The position numbers and the translations under genes are program-made. A DNA stretch of 15,963 nt from Octopus sinensis (Eukaryota): assembly GCF_006345805.1 (NCBI RefSeq), contig NW_021825356.1, positions 1 through 15,963 of the forward strand, in the 5' to 3' direction. The notes beneath the pieces are model-generated. The model worked only from the letters and a program-made list of their open reading frames with translations, had not been told where the DNA came from and searched no databases. This document shows positions 1 through 10,337 of this stretch, piece by piece. Each line of letters begins with the position of its first letter. Position 1 is the stretch's first letter.

Positions 1-69
1 CTGATTAAGACTGACTAGGATTTCAGCGAGTGCTTATCGACCTGGTAGGGCACGGACAGTTTGGCTTCA

Positions 70-253
70 TACAACACATACATACATATATACATACATA
101 CATACATACATACGTACATATATATATATACATCTATATATACGGATATTTAGATTAAGACACACACACACATATAATATAATTATATATATACATATAC
201 ATGTATATGCATGTATATATTATATATATATATAATATATGTATATATATATG

Positions 254-284
<31 letters not shown>

Positions 285-288
285 ATAG

Positions 289-331
<43 letters not shown>

Positions 332-520
332 ATTATAATATATATATATATATATATCTATATATAATATATATATATATGTATATATATGTGTGTGTGT
401 GTGGTGTGTATATATATATCTATATAAATAAATAGTTGGATAGACAGATAGAAAGATAGAAAGACACTTATACATACATACATACATATAGACACACACA
501 TATCTATACGTATATACTTA
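70..520. repeat. (TACA)n/(TA)n/(TG)n microsatellite mosaic
   Basis: Directly visible. Confidence 0.9.
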
Positions 521-1020
521 CATACAGGTATGTAAGCTTTTCATCAAAGGTGACTGCTCTTACGATTAAACAAGAACAACAATAACAACAACAATAACAT
601 CAGCAACAACAACAACAACAGCAACGATAGTTACGAAGGAGATACCTGAACGCATTAGCTGGAAAGCAACTGTAAAAATCGCAGCTAAATCGCCCTCAAT
701 TCACACGTTTTTGTTTGTGTATGTGTATATGAGTGTTACTGTTTGTTTTGGTAAATAGGACACATGAGGTAATGTAGTCCTAGATATATTTAGACAAATT
801 TTGAATAAATAATTGAATATATAAATAAAGCAAGTATTTGTTTTTGTTTTTATTTTCTCGTATTTTGGGGGGGCTTTTCGATGGGGGACCATTTTTTTTT
901 TGTCCGTCTCTCAAGGAACGACGTTGATTGTATAAGTCTCGTGGAGACAAATCACACAGGCCTGTGGCTAAATACCAACAAGAAGAAGAAGAGAAACAAT
1001 AAATAAAAAAAATAACAAGA

Positions 1021-1125
1021 CCGACACCAGCGCTGTGTCCTACACCGCCGCGCGCCACGCCACGCCACGCCACGCCACGCCCCGCTCCGCCGGCGCCGCT
1101 TCCGCCGCCGCAGCACACCTCTCGC
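1021..1125 (+). promoter_or_regulatory. GC/CpG-rich island, putative promoter or transcription start region of the anosmin-like gene
   Basis: The most GC/CpG-dense non-SINE stretch in an otherwise very AT-rich region. It contains (GCCAC)x5 at 1054-1078 and a KLF/SP-type CCACGCCC at 1075-1082, and lies about 2.2 kb upstream of the first coding exon. Confidence 0.5.
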
Positions 1126-1447
1126 TTAACATTCAACAAACAAGAGTGCGCTAATAACTAGCGAGAGATGACAGCGGCTTTTACAATACGAGGAAGAAAG
1201 AAGACGAGACGCAGGAAGAAGCGATATACATACGTGTGTATATTATATACACACACACGTATGTAGAATTAGACAAACCAAAACAACACCATATCTATAT
1301 ATATATACCATATATAGCACATATATATATATACAAGCAAATATATATTTACATATATATATACATACAATTAGATATATATACACATATATATATATAT
1401 ATATACATCTACATATATATATATATATATAATATATATATTATATA

Positions 1448-1483
<36 letters not shown>

Positions 1484-1494
1484 TATTAATTTAG

Positions 1495-1792
1495 GCCCTG
1501 CAAGCAGCAAAGTGCAAACATCTACGGTAATACAGCGCAGAGGCCGTCAGCATTTGAGCCCGTAGTCATCGTCGTCGTCGTCGTCGTCATCGTTGTCGTC
1601 GTCATCATCATCATCATCATCGTAATAAACAAAATCAGCAGCAGCAGCAGCATTAGCAGCAGCAGCAGCAGCATCATCAGCAGCAACATCACCATCACCA
1701 GCAGCACCATCACCATGAACCAAGACGGACATTTGTACCTACATTGAGGAGATGGATATGTATACGGCTACTTAGTCGGTGTTCATCCGAAG
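1495..1792 (+). other. Candidate non-coding 5' UTR exon with compound trinucleotide repeats
   Basis: A more complex, GC-richer block between (TA)/(TACA) tracts, bounded by a candidate acceptor TTAATTTAG|G (1494/1495) and donor AAG|GTGATT (1792/1793). The frames through the CAG tract hit stop codons. Confidence 0.3.
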
Positions 1793-1799
1793 GTGATTT

Positions 1800-2261
1800 A
1801 TATATATACACACTCACACACACACTCACACACACACATATATATATACATCACATACACACATACACATACATACATTCATATATATACATATACACAC
1901 ATATATATATATACATATACGCATACATATATTTATATACGTGCACCCGTATATGTTTCTGTTAAACATACCCAAACATATATGTATATAAATGCATTCA
2001 TACATATACAACAAATATATACATGCATATACATACCAACATACATATATATGTGTGTGAATGTATATATAAATCTGTATAAATGTTATTATATACACAG
2101 GAAAGAAAGAATTCGCTTAAATATTGGAAGTATTTTTACCATGAAAGAGCTATGAATGAAAAAAATCATTTGTGCAATATATATAACTATATATAGTTAT
2201 ATATATAAAAATTTATACAGATATATATATACATATATATATATATACATATATATATACA
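1800..2261. repeat. (TA)/(CA)/(TACA) microsatellite mosaic
   Basis: Directly visible. Confidence 0.85.
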
Positions 2262-2525
2262 CGTATATATATATAAATACACGTATTATGTGTGTGTGTA
2301 TAAGTGTATACACGCAAGTTTCTCTCATACCAATATTTATTTAAAAGAAAAAATAATTTGAAAGAAACGTGAAAACGAGTGTGAAAAGAAAACAAATTCA
2401 CTAAATTTCGGAAATTATATATATATACCCAAAGGAAAATATACATAAAATTTCAAATATATATATAAAATATATATTATCTATCCCTTTGTGTCTATCT
2501 ACCCAAATATCTTATATAAATATTC

Positions 2526-2564
<39 letters not shown>

Positions 2565-2915
2565 TGGAAAAAAATATATACATATATATATATAATATAT
2601 AATATATATGTGAAACATATATGTATAAAATATAATATATATATATACACTATATATATATAAATACAACGTATTATGTGTGTGTGTATAGTGTATACAC
2701 GCAAGTTTCTCTCTTCATACCAATATTTATTTAAAAGAAAAAATAATTTGAAAGAAACGTGAAAACGAGTGTGAAAAGAAAACAATTCACTAAATTTCGG
2801 AAATTATATATATATACCCAAGGAAAATATACATAAAATTTCAAATATATATATAAAAATATATATTATCTATCCCTTTGTGTCTATCTACCCAAATATC
2901 TATATAATATTCATT

Positions 2916-2966
<51 letters not shown>

Positions 2967-3052
2967 AGTGGAAAAAAATATATACATATATATATATAGA
3001 TATATAATATATGTGAAACATATATGTATAAAATATATATATATATATACAC
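2262..3052. repeat. Direct tandem duplication, two copies of ~390 bp
   Basis: GCAAGTTTCTCTC occurs at 2314 and 2701 (offset 387). AAGTGGAAAAAAATA occurs at 2562 and 2966 (offset 404, with a longer TA tract in between). The copies differ almost only by small indels. Confidence 0.9.
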
Positions 3053-3351
3053 ATAACATATGAGGAAAAAAAGTATTTTTATGTTATTTTACTATAAAAA
3101 AAATAATAATAAGGATATAATATTTTTTAAATATTGAAAAAAAAATATATAAAGAAAAGAAGAAAAGAAAAAAAATATTTATTAATATGAATTTTCTGAA
3201 AATTCTAAAAATAAATCATAATTAATATTATTATCCTTAATAATATCTTCCTCATCACAATCGTTGTTATTGTTGTTGTTGTTATTATTATTATTATTAT
3301 TGAAAAATAATAGTAATAATAATAATACTATTATTAATAGTTATAACCACT

Positions 3352-3537
3352 ATGGAAATCAAATACAAAATGTCGTCTGCTCTGTTGGAGAAATTATGCT
3401 TCTATTTAATGATCCTTCCCATGTTGCTGGACTTACACACGGCTTTCGGCCAAGGATTCGAAGGTGAAAATGGATTACTTTCAGCTCAATGTCGGGCTAG
3501 GTGTATGGAAGAGTTTGAAGTAGCACAATTTTCACAG
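3352..3537 (+). CDS. ANOS1: First coding exon of a secreted Cys-rich protein, probably anosmin-1 (KAL1)-like
   Basis: Translation: MEIKYKMSSALLEKLCFYLMILPMLLDLHTAFG-QGFEGENGLLSAQCRARCMEEFEVAQFSQ. It has a hydrophobic signal-peptide-like segment ending AFG|Q and non-repetitive, codon-like composition. It ends at a strong donor, CAG|GTAAGG (3537/3538), phase 0, after exactly 62 codons. AQCRARC resembles the recalled anosmin N-terminal ARCASRC motif. There are two possible starts, 3352 (ACTATGG) and 3370 (AAAATGT). Exon status is well supported; the family assignment is from memory only. Confidence 0.65.
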
Positions 3538-3554
3538 GTAAGGCCTTTTACTGT

Positions 3555-4234
3555 TTCGTCTCTCGCTCTGTCACTCAGCCTCTATCGTTCGTTCTTTCTC
3601 TCTCTCCCTCTTTCTATTCATCTATCTACATCTTTCACTCTGCGTGTATTTTTCATACTATTTCTTTCTCTCCCGTTCTGTGTTTGTATCTCTATCTATC
3701 TCTCTTTATTTCTCTCGTTCTCTCATTCTCTCTCTTTCTCTCTTTCAGTCATATTAAGGTTGAATGAACTGTCTTTCATTCTTCCTCTCTCTCTCTCTGT
3801 CTCTCACTCTCTCTCTCTCTCTCTATCTATCTATCCGTCTGTTTTTCTCTGTAGCTTTCTATAGGTCTGTCAATCACAAACTGTATTTTTTTGTCTTACG
3901 ATCCGTATACATATACGAATGCATTTCTCTCTCTATGAACACACACGCACTCACAAACACAACACATACACACACACACACACAGGTACGCATACACACA
4001 CACACACCACATAAACACACAAGCGCACACACGCACAAACACACACACATTTCTATATATTATTTTAATCGGCAGAAGTTACAAAATGATTCCAGAGCCG
4101 AGAGTTTCCTTAATAGCAATTATATGTGCGTCTGTGTACGTGTGTATACGAGTGATTGCCTGTCTGTGTGTCTGTGTGACAAACTAAACATACATGTAAT
4201 GTATATATTCTATATGTATACACACACATACATT

Positions 4235-4268
<34 letters not shown>

Positions 4269-4309
4269 CGCTAATATATACCTACACAAAAATATACGTA
4301 TCTTCATAC

Positions 4310-4357
<48 letters not shown>

Positions 4358-4500
4358 TTCTCACTATTTCTCTCTCTCTCTCACTCATACACAAAACACA
4401 CATACACACACATCTACACATGCACACATACGCAAGTACCTACACATACATACACATACATAAACATGCATTCACGCGCACACATACATACATAGACACA
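3555..4500. repeat. Intronic (CT)n and (CA)n microsatellite mosaics
   Basis: CT-rich 3555-3850 and 4310-4382; CA-rich 3940-4050 and 4385-4500. Confidence 0.85.
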
Positions 4501-4549
4501 CACGCACTTCCTATTACCCGTGTCCCGATTTTCGTGATTCAGTCTTCAA

Positions 4550-4580
<31 letters not shown>

Positions 4581-4625
4581 TATTATTATTATTATTATTA
4601 TCATTATTATTATTATTATTATAAA

Positions 4626-4836
4626 GGGGGTGAGCTGGCAGAATCGTTAGCACGCCGGGCAAAATGCTTAGCAGCGTTTCGTCCGTGTTTACGTTCTGAG
4701 TTCAAATCCCGTCGAGGTCAACTTTGCCTGTCATCCCTTTCGCGTTCGATAAATTAAGTACCAGTTGCACACTTGGGTCGATTTACTCGACTTATCCAGT
4801 CCTCACAAATTGCTGGCCTTGTACCGATATTTGAAA
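4626..4836 (+). mobile_element. tRNA-derived SINE, family A copy, type-1 3' end
   Basis: Head GAGCTGGCAGAATCGTTAGCACGCCGG (A-box-like), B-box GAGTTCAAATCCC, body AAGTACCAG..GGGTCGAT, end GGCCTTGTACC..TTTGAAA, then an (ATT)n tail. Confidence 0.9.
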
Positions 4837-5154
4837 TCATCCTCCTCATCATTATTATTATCATTATTATTATTATGATGATTATTATTGTTATTATTAT
4901 TATTATCATTATTATTATTATTCACTTTTGACATCATCTCAATTTATGTAAACCTACGCACACATACACATACACATACACACACAAATGCAAGCACATA
5001 CGCACACACGCAAACACACGCACACACAAGCACGCACACACACACACTAAACGTAACCCTTCTGTGTAATGTCCCATAACATCGACACCCATGTGGCGCA
5101 TAAAGAAACAGCTTTTATTATTACTACTACTACTACTACATCTAATACTATCAC

Positions 5155-5200
<46 letters not shown>

Positions 5201-5347
5201 GTTATTATTATTATTATTAACATTGTTCGGCACTTATGTCCAAGGAACAAAGCATCATTATTATTATTATTAATATTATCATCGTCATCATCATCATCAT
5301 CACCATCATCATCACCATCGTCATCATTATCGATAGCACTCATCATA

Positions 5348-5543
5348 GAGCTGGCAGAATCGTTAGCACGCCGGACATAATGCTTAGCGGTATTTCAAAC
5401 GTCTGTAAAAGTCTGCGTTCAAATCCCGCCTGGGTCGACTTTGCATTTCATTCTCTTGATGTCGATAAATCGAGTACCAGTTGAGCACTGGGGGACAATT
5501 TAATTAACTTGCCCCTTGCCCCCAAATTTGAGGCCTTGTGCCT
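5348..5543 (+). mobile_element. SINE family A copy
   Basis: Same head, B-box GTTCAAATCCC and body, ending GGCCTTGTGCCT. Confidence 0.85.
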
Positions 5544-5596
5544 TTCTTCTTTTCATCATTATCATTATCATTAGTATTAGTATTATAATTATTATC

Positions 5597-5773
5597 GAAA
5601 TGGCAGAATCATTAGCACGCCTGACTAAGGCCTGAGTTCAAATTCCACCGGTACCGTCTTTGCTTTTTATCCTTTCGGGGGTCGATAAATATGTACCAGG
5701 TGAGCAGTAGGGTTGATGTAGTCGTCTTACGGCCACCTCCGAAAACGCTGGGCTTGTGCCAAAATTTAAAACC
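5597..5773 (+). mobile_element. SINE family A copy with internal deletion
   Basis: TGGCAGAATCATTAGCACGCC joins almost directly to CTGAGTTCAAATTCC. Type-1 end CCAAAATTTAAAACC. Confidence 0.8.
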
Positions 5774-5869
5774 ATAATCATGATCATTATTATTATTACT
5801 GTTGTTGTTATTGTTGTTGTTGTTGTTGTTCTTCTTCTTCTTCTTTCTCTTGTTCTTGTTCTTGTTACT

Positions 5870-6077
5870 GCGTCGAGCTATTGGAATTGTTAAACCATCG
5901 GACAAGACGCTCAGCATCAATTTTTCCCTGCTTCTTTACATTCTGGGACCAAATTCCGTAAGGGGTCCACTTCGCCTTTCTTCATTTCGGGGACGATAGC
6001 AGTTGTACACTTAGGTCGATGTTACAACTTCCCACCTCACCCACAGTTCCAGGCCTTGTGTCTATTGTAGAAAGAAA

Positions 6078-6078
<1 letters not shown>
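5870..6078 (+). mobile_element. Degenerate SINE family A copy, type-2 3' end
   Basis: Diverged head and body. It ends GGCCTTGTGTCTATTGTAGAAAGAAATA, followed by (ATT)n. Confidence 0.7.
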
Positions 6079-6141
<63 letters not shown>

Positions 6142-6142
6142 A

Positions 6143-6361
6143 GGCGTGCTGGCAGAATCGTTAGCACGCCGGGTAAAATGCTTAGTAGTAATTCGTCTAC
6201 AGCTACATTCTGAGTTCAAATACCACCGAGGTCGACTTAGCCTTTCATCCCTCCGAGATCGATAAACTAAGCACCAGTGAAACACTGGGAAGGGGGGGGT
6301 CAGTGTAATCGAGTAGTACCCTCCTCGAAAATTTCAGATCATGTGTGTATAGTAGAAAGGA
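6143..6361 (+). mobile_element. SINE family A copy, type-2 3' end
   Basis: GCTGGCAGAATCGTTAGCACGCCGG head, CTGAGTTCAAATACC, end TATAGTAGAAAGGA plus (ATT)n. Confidence 0.88.
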
Positions 6362-6362
6362 A

Positions 6363-6430
<68 letters not shown>

Positions 6431-6442
6431 CATTATTAAGAC

Positions 6443-6626
6443 GGCGAATTGGCAGTACTGTTACAGCGACGGACATAATCGTCGTGAGTTCAAATGCCGT
6501 TGAGGTTTACTTTCACTTTCATCATTTCGAGGTCGATAAAATAAGTCCCAATCGATCAGTGGTGTCATCGATATCAAGTAACAATCTACCCCTAAAATTA
6601 CCGGCCTTGTGCTAAAGTTCGAAACC
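6443..6626 (+). mobile_element. Degenerate SINE family A copy with deletion, type-1 end
   Basis: GGCGAATTGGCAG head, GAGTTCAAATGCC, GTCGATAAAATAAGT, GGCCTTGTGCTAAAGTTCGAAACC. Confidence 0.75.
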
Positions 6627-6782
6627 CTTACCTTCGTTCTCCTCCCCATCATGTATCTTATAAATCATCATTACTATGGGTTTTTTTGTTGTTTACATAT
6701 TTCCCTGTAACCTCCCCAAAAAAACTGTCCTTGGTCTGTATATTGTCCTAAATGTTTTCACGGTCCTTGTGGACAATAACAA

Positions 6783-6833
<51 letters not shown>

Positions 6834-6837
6834 CATT

Positions 6838-7163
6838 GTGAAGGCGCATGGCTCAGTGGTTAGAGCGTCGAGCTTACGATCGTGACGTTGTGAGCTCGAA
6901 TCCTGGACAGGGCTGAGTGCTGTGTTCTTGAGCAAGACACTTTATTTCATGTTGCTCCAATTCACTCAGCTGTAGAAATGAGTTGTTACATCACAAGTGC
7001 CAAACTGTATCAGCCCCTTTGCTTTTCCCTTTGATAACATCAGAGGTGTGGAGAAGGGAGGCTGGTATGCTGGCCTTCCACAAGCAATCTTGCCCTGACT
7101 TATACCTCGGAGTGTAACTTTCTAGGTGCAATCTCATGGTCAGTCATGACCGAAGGGGGTCTC
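6838..7163 (+). mobile_element. tRNA-derived SINE family C with CORE-like central domain
   Basis: A-box TGGCTCAGTGG and B-box-like GAGCTCGAATCC. The segment TGTGTTCTTGAGCAAGACACTTTATTTCATGTTGCTCCAATTCACTCAGCTGTAGAAATG aligns by eye with the recalled CORE-SINE consensus. Flanked by (ATT)n. Confidence 0.75.
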
Positions 7164-7170
7164 CCACTCA

Positions 7171-7238
<68 letters not shown>

Positions 7239-7256
7239 TATCGTCATCATCATAAA

Positions 7257-7467
7257 GGCGGCGAGCTGGCAGAGTCGTTAACACGCCGGCCAAAATGCTT
7301 AACGAGATTTCGTCTGGTCTCTACGTTCAGAGTTCAAATTCCACCGAGGTAGACTTTGCCTTTTAACCTTTCGCGTCTATAAGATAAGTACCAGTTGAAT
7401 ACTGAGGTCAATGTAACCGACATATCTCCTCCGCCCAAACTGCTGCTCTTGTGACAAAATTTGAAAC
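7257..7467 (+). mobile_element. SINE family A copy, type-1 end
   Basis: GGCGGCGAGCTGGCAGAGTCGTT head, GAGTTCAAATTCC, end ACAAAATTTGAAAC plus (ATT)n. Confidence 0.9.
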
Positions 7468-7511
7468 TATTATTATTATTATTTTATTATTATTATTATT
7501 ATTATTATTAA

Positions 7512-7709
7512 GGCGCTGTGTTGGCAGAATCGTTAGCATGCTGGACGGAATGCTCAGCGGTATTTCGTCCGTCGCTACGTTCTGAGTTGAAATTCCGCCC
7601 GCCGAGGTTGAGAATGCTTTTCGTCCTTTCGGGGGTCGATAAATTAAGTATCAGTTAAACATTAGGGTCGATAAAAAAACAAATCGACTCAACCCCTTCT
7701 GCCGAAACA
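7512..7709 (+). mobile_element. SINE family A copy, 3' degenerate or truncated
   Basis: TTGGCAGAATCGTTAGCATG head, GGTATTTCGTCC, GGGGTCGATAAATTAAGTA. Confidence 0.85.
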
Positions 7710-7859
7710 GCAAGTAAATCTCTTCGAGACTCTCATGTAGACGCATCCACATTAAACATGTATGCATCTATATATACAACAATATATATATATATATATA
7801 TACGTGTGTGTATGTATGTATATATGAATGTATGCACGTATTTATGTATGTATTAGTGG

Positions 7860-7891
<32 letters not shown>

Positions 7892-7974
7892 AAGCAACAA
7901 GACGGGTAAAGGGTGATTAGGTGATGGTCTAGGGCTTAGGGGCGGGAGACCCCAGACCTTGGAACAAAAACTGT

Positions 7975-8400
7975 TGTTGGTGGTGATGGAGATGGTAATG
8001 GTGATGAAGGCGGCGGCGGTAGTGGTGGTGGTGGTGGTGGTGGTGGGGTATGGTGATGGTATGGTGATGGTATGGTGAAGATACGGTGATGGTGATGGTA
8101 TGATGATGGTATGGAGATGGTGATGGTATGGTGATGGAATCGTGATATGGTGGTGGTATGGTGGTGGTGGTGGTGGTATGGTGATGGTATGGTGATGGTA
8201 TAGTAATGGTATGGTGGTGGTATGGTGATGGTATGATGGTGGTGGTATGGTAATGGTGGTGGTATGGTGATGTTGGTGGTATGGTGATGTATGGTGATGG
8301 TGGTGGTATGGTGAGGGTATAGTGATGATATGATGATCGTATGTTGATGGTGATGGTATGGTAATGGTATGGTAATGGTGGTGGTGGTATTTCATTATTG
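7975..8400. repeat. (ATGGT)n / (GGT)n simple-repeat tract
   Basis: Interspersed ATGGT pentamers and GGT/GAT triplets; source of the His/Pro-rich minus-strand ORFs. Confidence 0.9.
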
Positions 8401-8529
8401 TTATTATTGTCGATGTTACAATACGCCATTCTCTTGCTTTGTCCCAAGTGTGTGATATGTTTGTTATTTCCCTTCTTGTCATTGTTGTTGTTATTACTGT
8501 ATTGTTGGTATTGTTCTTCGAATTTCATT

Positions 8530-8850
8530 ATGTAACAACATTGTCGAATTATATTCACGTTATGTAATACCATGCCTTGATATATCATAGTATGGCACAA
8601 CATATTACTTTACGATGTTATTATACCATGTCATGTTATGATATATCGTGATATCGTTTTGATATGTTACAGGATATTGATTTTGTCATGGTATATTACT
8701 GTATAATACTCTATAATATTGTTATACTTCTTTATATTATGGTATGTTATGATTTCGTTATCGTATGCTATGATATTGCTATATTATGGTATGTTATTGT
8801 ACGTATCGATATTGCATAGTTATATCATTTTATGGTATATTATTTTTAGT
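8530..8850. repeat. Degenerate pentamer repeat (TATGT/TATGG/TATAT variants)
   Basis: Approximately 5-bp periodicity such as GTTATGATATATCGTGATATCG and TTATGGTATGTTATG. Confidence 0.7.
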
Positions 8851-8868
8851 CTTATTAAAGCAGCGGAA

Positions 8869-9536
8869 GGTGGCGCTGGCAGAATCGTTAGCACGCTGGG
8901 CAAAAATGCTTAGCGGTATTTCACCTGTCGTTACGTTCTGAGTTCAAATTCCGCCGAGGTAGACTTTGCCTTTCATCCTTTCGGGGTCGATAAATTAAGT
9001 ACCAGTTACGCACTGGGGTCGATGTAATCGACTTAATAACTATGTCGGTCCTTGTTTGTCTCCTTTGTGTTTAGCCCCTTGTGGGCAATAAAGAAATAGG
9101 TATTTCGTCTGCCGTTACATTCTGAGTTCAAATTCCGCCGAGGTCGACTTTGCCTTTCGTCCTTTCGGGGTCGATTAAATAAGTACCGGTTATGCACTAG
9201 GGTCGATATAATCGACTTAATCCGTTTGTCTGTCCTTGTTTGTCCTCTCTATGTTTAGCCCCTTGTAGGCAATAAAGAAATAGGTATTTCGTCTGCCGTT
9301 ACGTTCTGAGTTCAAATTCCGCCGAGGTCGACTTTGCCTTTCATCCTTTCGGGGTCGATTTAAAAAAAAACGATTACGCACTGGGGTCGATATAATAGAC
9401 TTAATACCTATGTCGGTCCTTGTTTGTTCTCACTGTGTTTAGCCCCTTGTGGGTAGTAAAGAAATAGGTATATCGTATCTTTTTATGTTCTGAGTTCAAA
9501 TTCCGCCGAAGTCGACTTTGCCTTTCGTCCTTTCCC
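8869..9536 (+). mobile_element. SINE A head followed by tandem 184-bp units (array 1: three full units plus a partial)
   Basis: Unit start GGTAT at 8915, 9099, 9283 and 9467, an exact 184-bp period. There is a single head at 8869-8914. Confidence 0.93.
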
Positions 9537-9600
9537 AAAATATCCGGTTTTTTGCTTATAAAACAAAGGATTAATATGGCAACGAAGTGTGGTAAAACTT

Positions 9601-9791
9601 GGCGAGCTGGACGTTATTCGTAGCGACATTTCTTCCTTCTGTGTGTTCTGGGTTCAAACTGTACCGAGCTTGACTTTATCTTTCATCTTTTCGAAATCGA
9701 TAAAGCACACACCAGTCAATCACCAGAGTAGAAGCAATCAACTTGCTCCATCCACCGAAATTTCAGGTCAGGTACCTTTAGAAGATATGAA
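9601..9791 (+). mobile_element. Degenerate SINE family A copy with deletion in the head
   Basis: GGCGAGCTGG, GGGTTCAAACT, TCGATAAAGC, diverged type-2-like end. Confidence 0.65.
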
Positions 9792-9806
9792 TTATTAAAG
9801 CATTAA

Positions 9807-10335
9807 GGCGGCGGGATAGCAGAATCGTTAGCATGCCGTAAAAAATGCATAGCGGTATTTCGTCTGCAGTTACGTTCTGAGTTCAAATTCCGCCGACGTC
9901 GTCCTTGCCTTTCATCGTTTCGGGGTCGATTAAATAAGTACCAGTTACGCACTGGGGTCGATATCATCGACTTGATCCGTTTGTCTGTCATTGTTTGTTC
10001 TCTCTGTGTTTAGTCCATTGTGGGTAATAAAGAAATAGGTATTTCGTCTGCCGTTATGTTCTGAGTTCAAATTCCGCCGAGGTCGACTTTGCCTTTCCTT
10101 CTTACGGGATCGATTAAATAAGTACCAGTTACGCACTGTGGTCGATATAATCGACTTAATCCGTTTGTCTGTCCTTGTTTGTCTTCTCTGTGTTTAGCCC
10201 CTTGTGGGTAGTAAAGAAATAGGTATTTCGTCTGCCGCAACGTTCTGAGTTCAAATTCTGCCGAGGTCAACTTTGCCTTTCATCCTTTCGGCGTCGATAA
10301 ATTAAGTACCTGTTGCGTACTGGTGTAGATATAAT
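9807..10335 (+). mobile_element. SINE A head followed by tandem 184-bp units (array 2: two full units plus a partial)
   Basis: Head at 9807; unit starts at 9854, 10038 and 10222 (period 184). Confidence 0.93.
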
Positions 10336-10337
10336 AA

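Noticed and set aside
1-70. Possible 3' end of another retroelement before the (CATA)n tract
   Set aside because: Truncated by the window edge, with no second copy here to support it.
780-1139. 119-aa Gly/Arg-rich ORF on the minus strand
   Set aside because: It is a translation of the GC island pentamer repeat plus AT-rich sequence, with no coherent protein features.
1522-1732. Minus-strand acidic (poly-Asp/Ala) and poly-Met/Thr ORFs
   Set aside because: They are products of the trinucleotide repeats, short, and antisense to the likely gene.
3538-3864. Continuation of the 170-aa ORF past codon 62
   Set aside because: It reads through the GTAAGG donor into (CT)n intron sequence, giving Ser/Leu low-complexity text.
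4420-7352. Poly-Ile, poly-Leu and poly-Asn ORFs
   Set aside because: These are frames of (ATT)n SINE tails joined to SINE bodies.
7853-8603. Two long His/Pro/Thr-rich ORFs on the minus strand (209 and 224 aa)
   Set aside because: They are translations of (ACCAT)n/(CAC)n repeats. Overlapping frames are both open, and no domain or splice signals were recognised.
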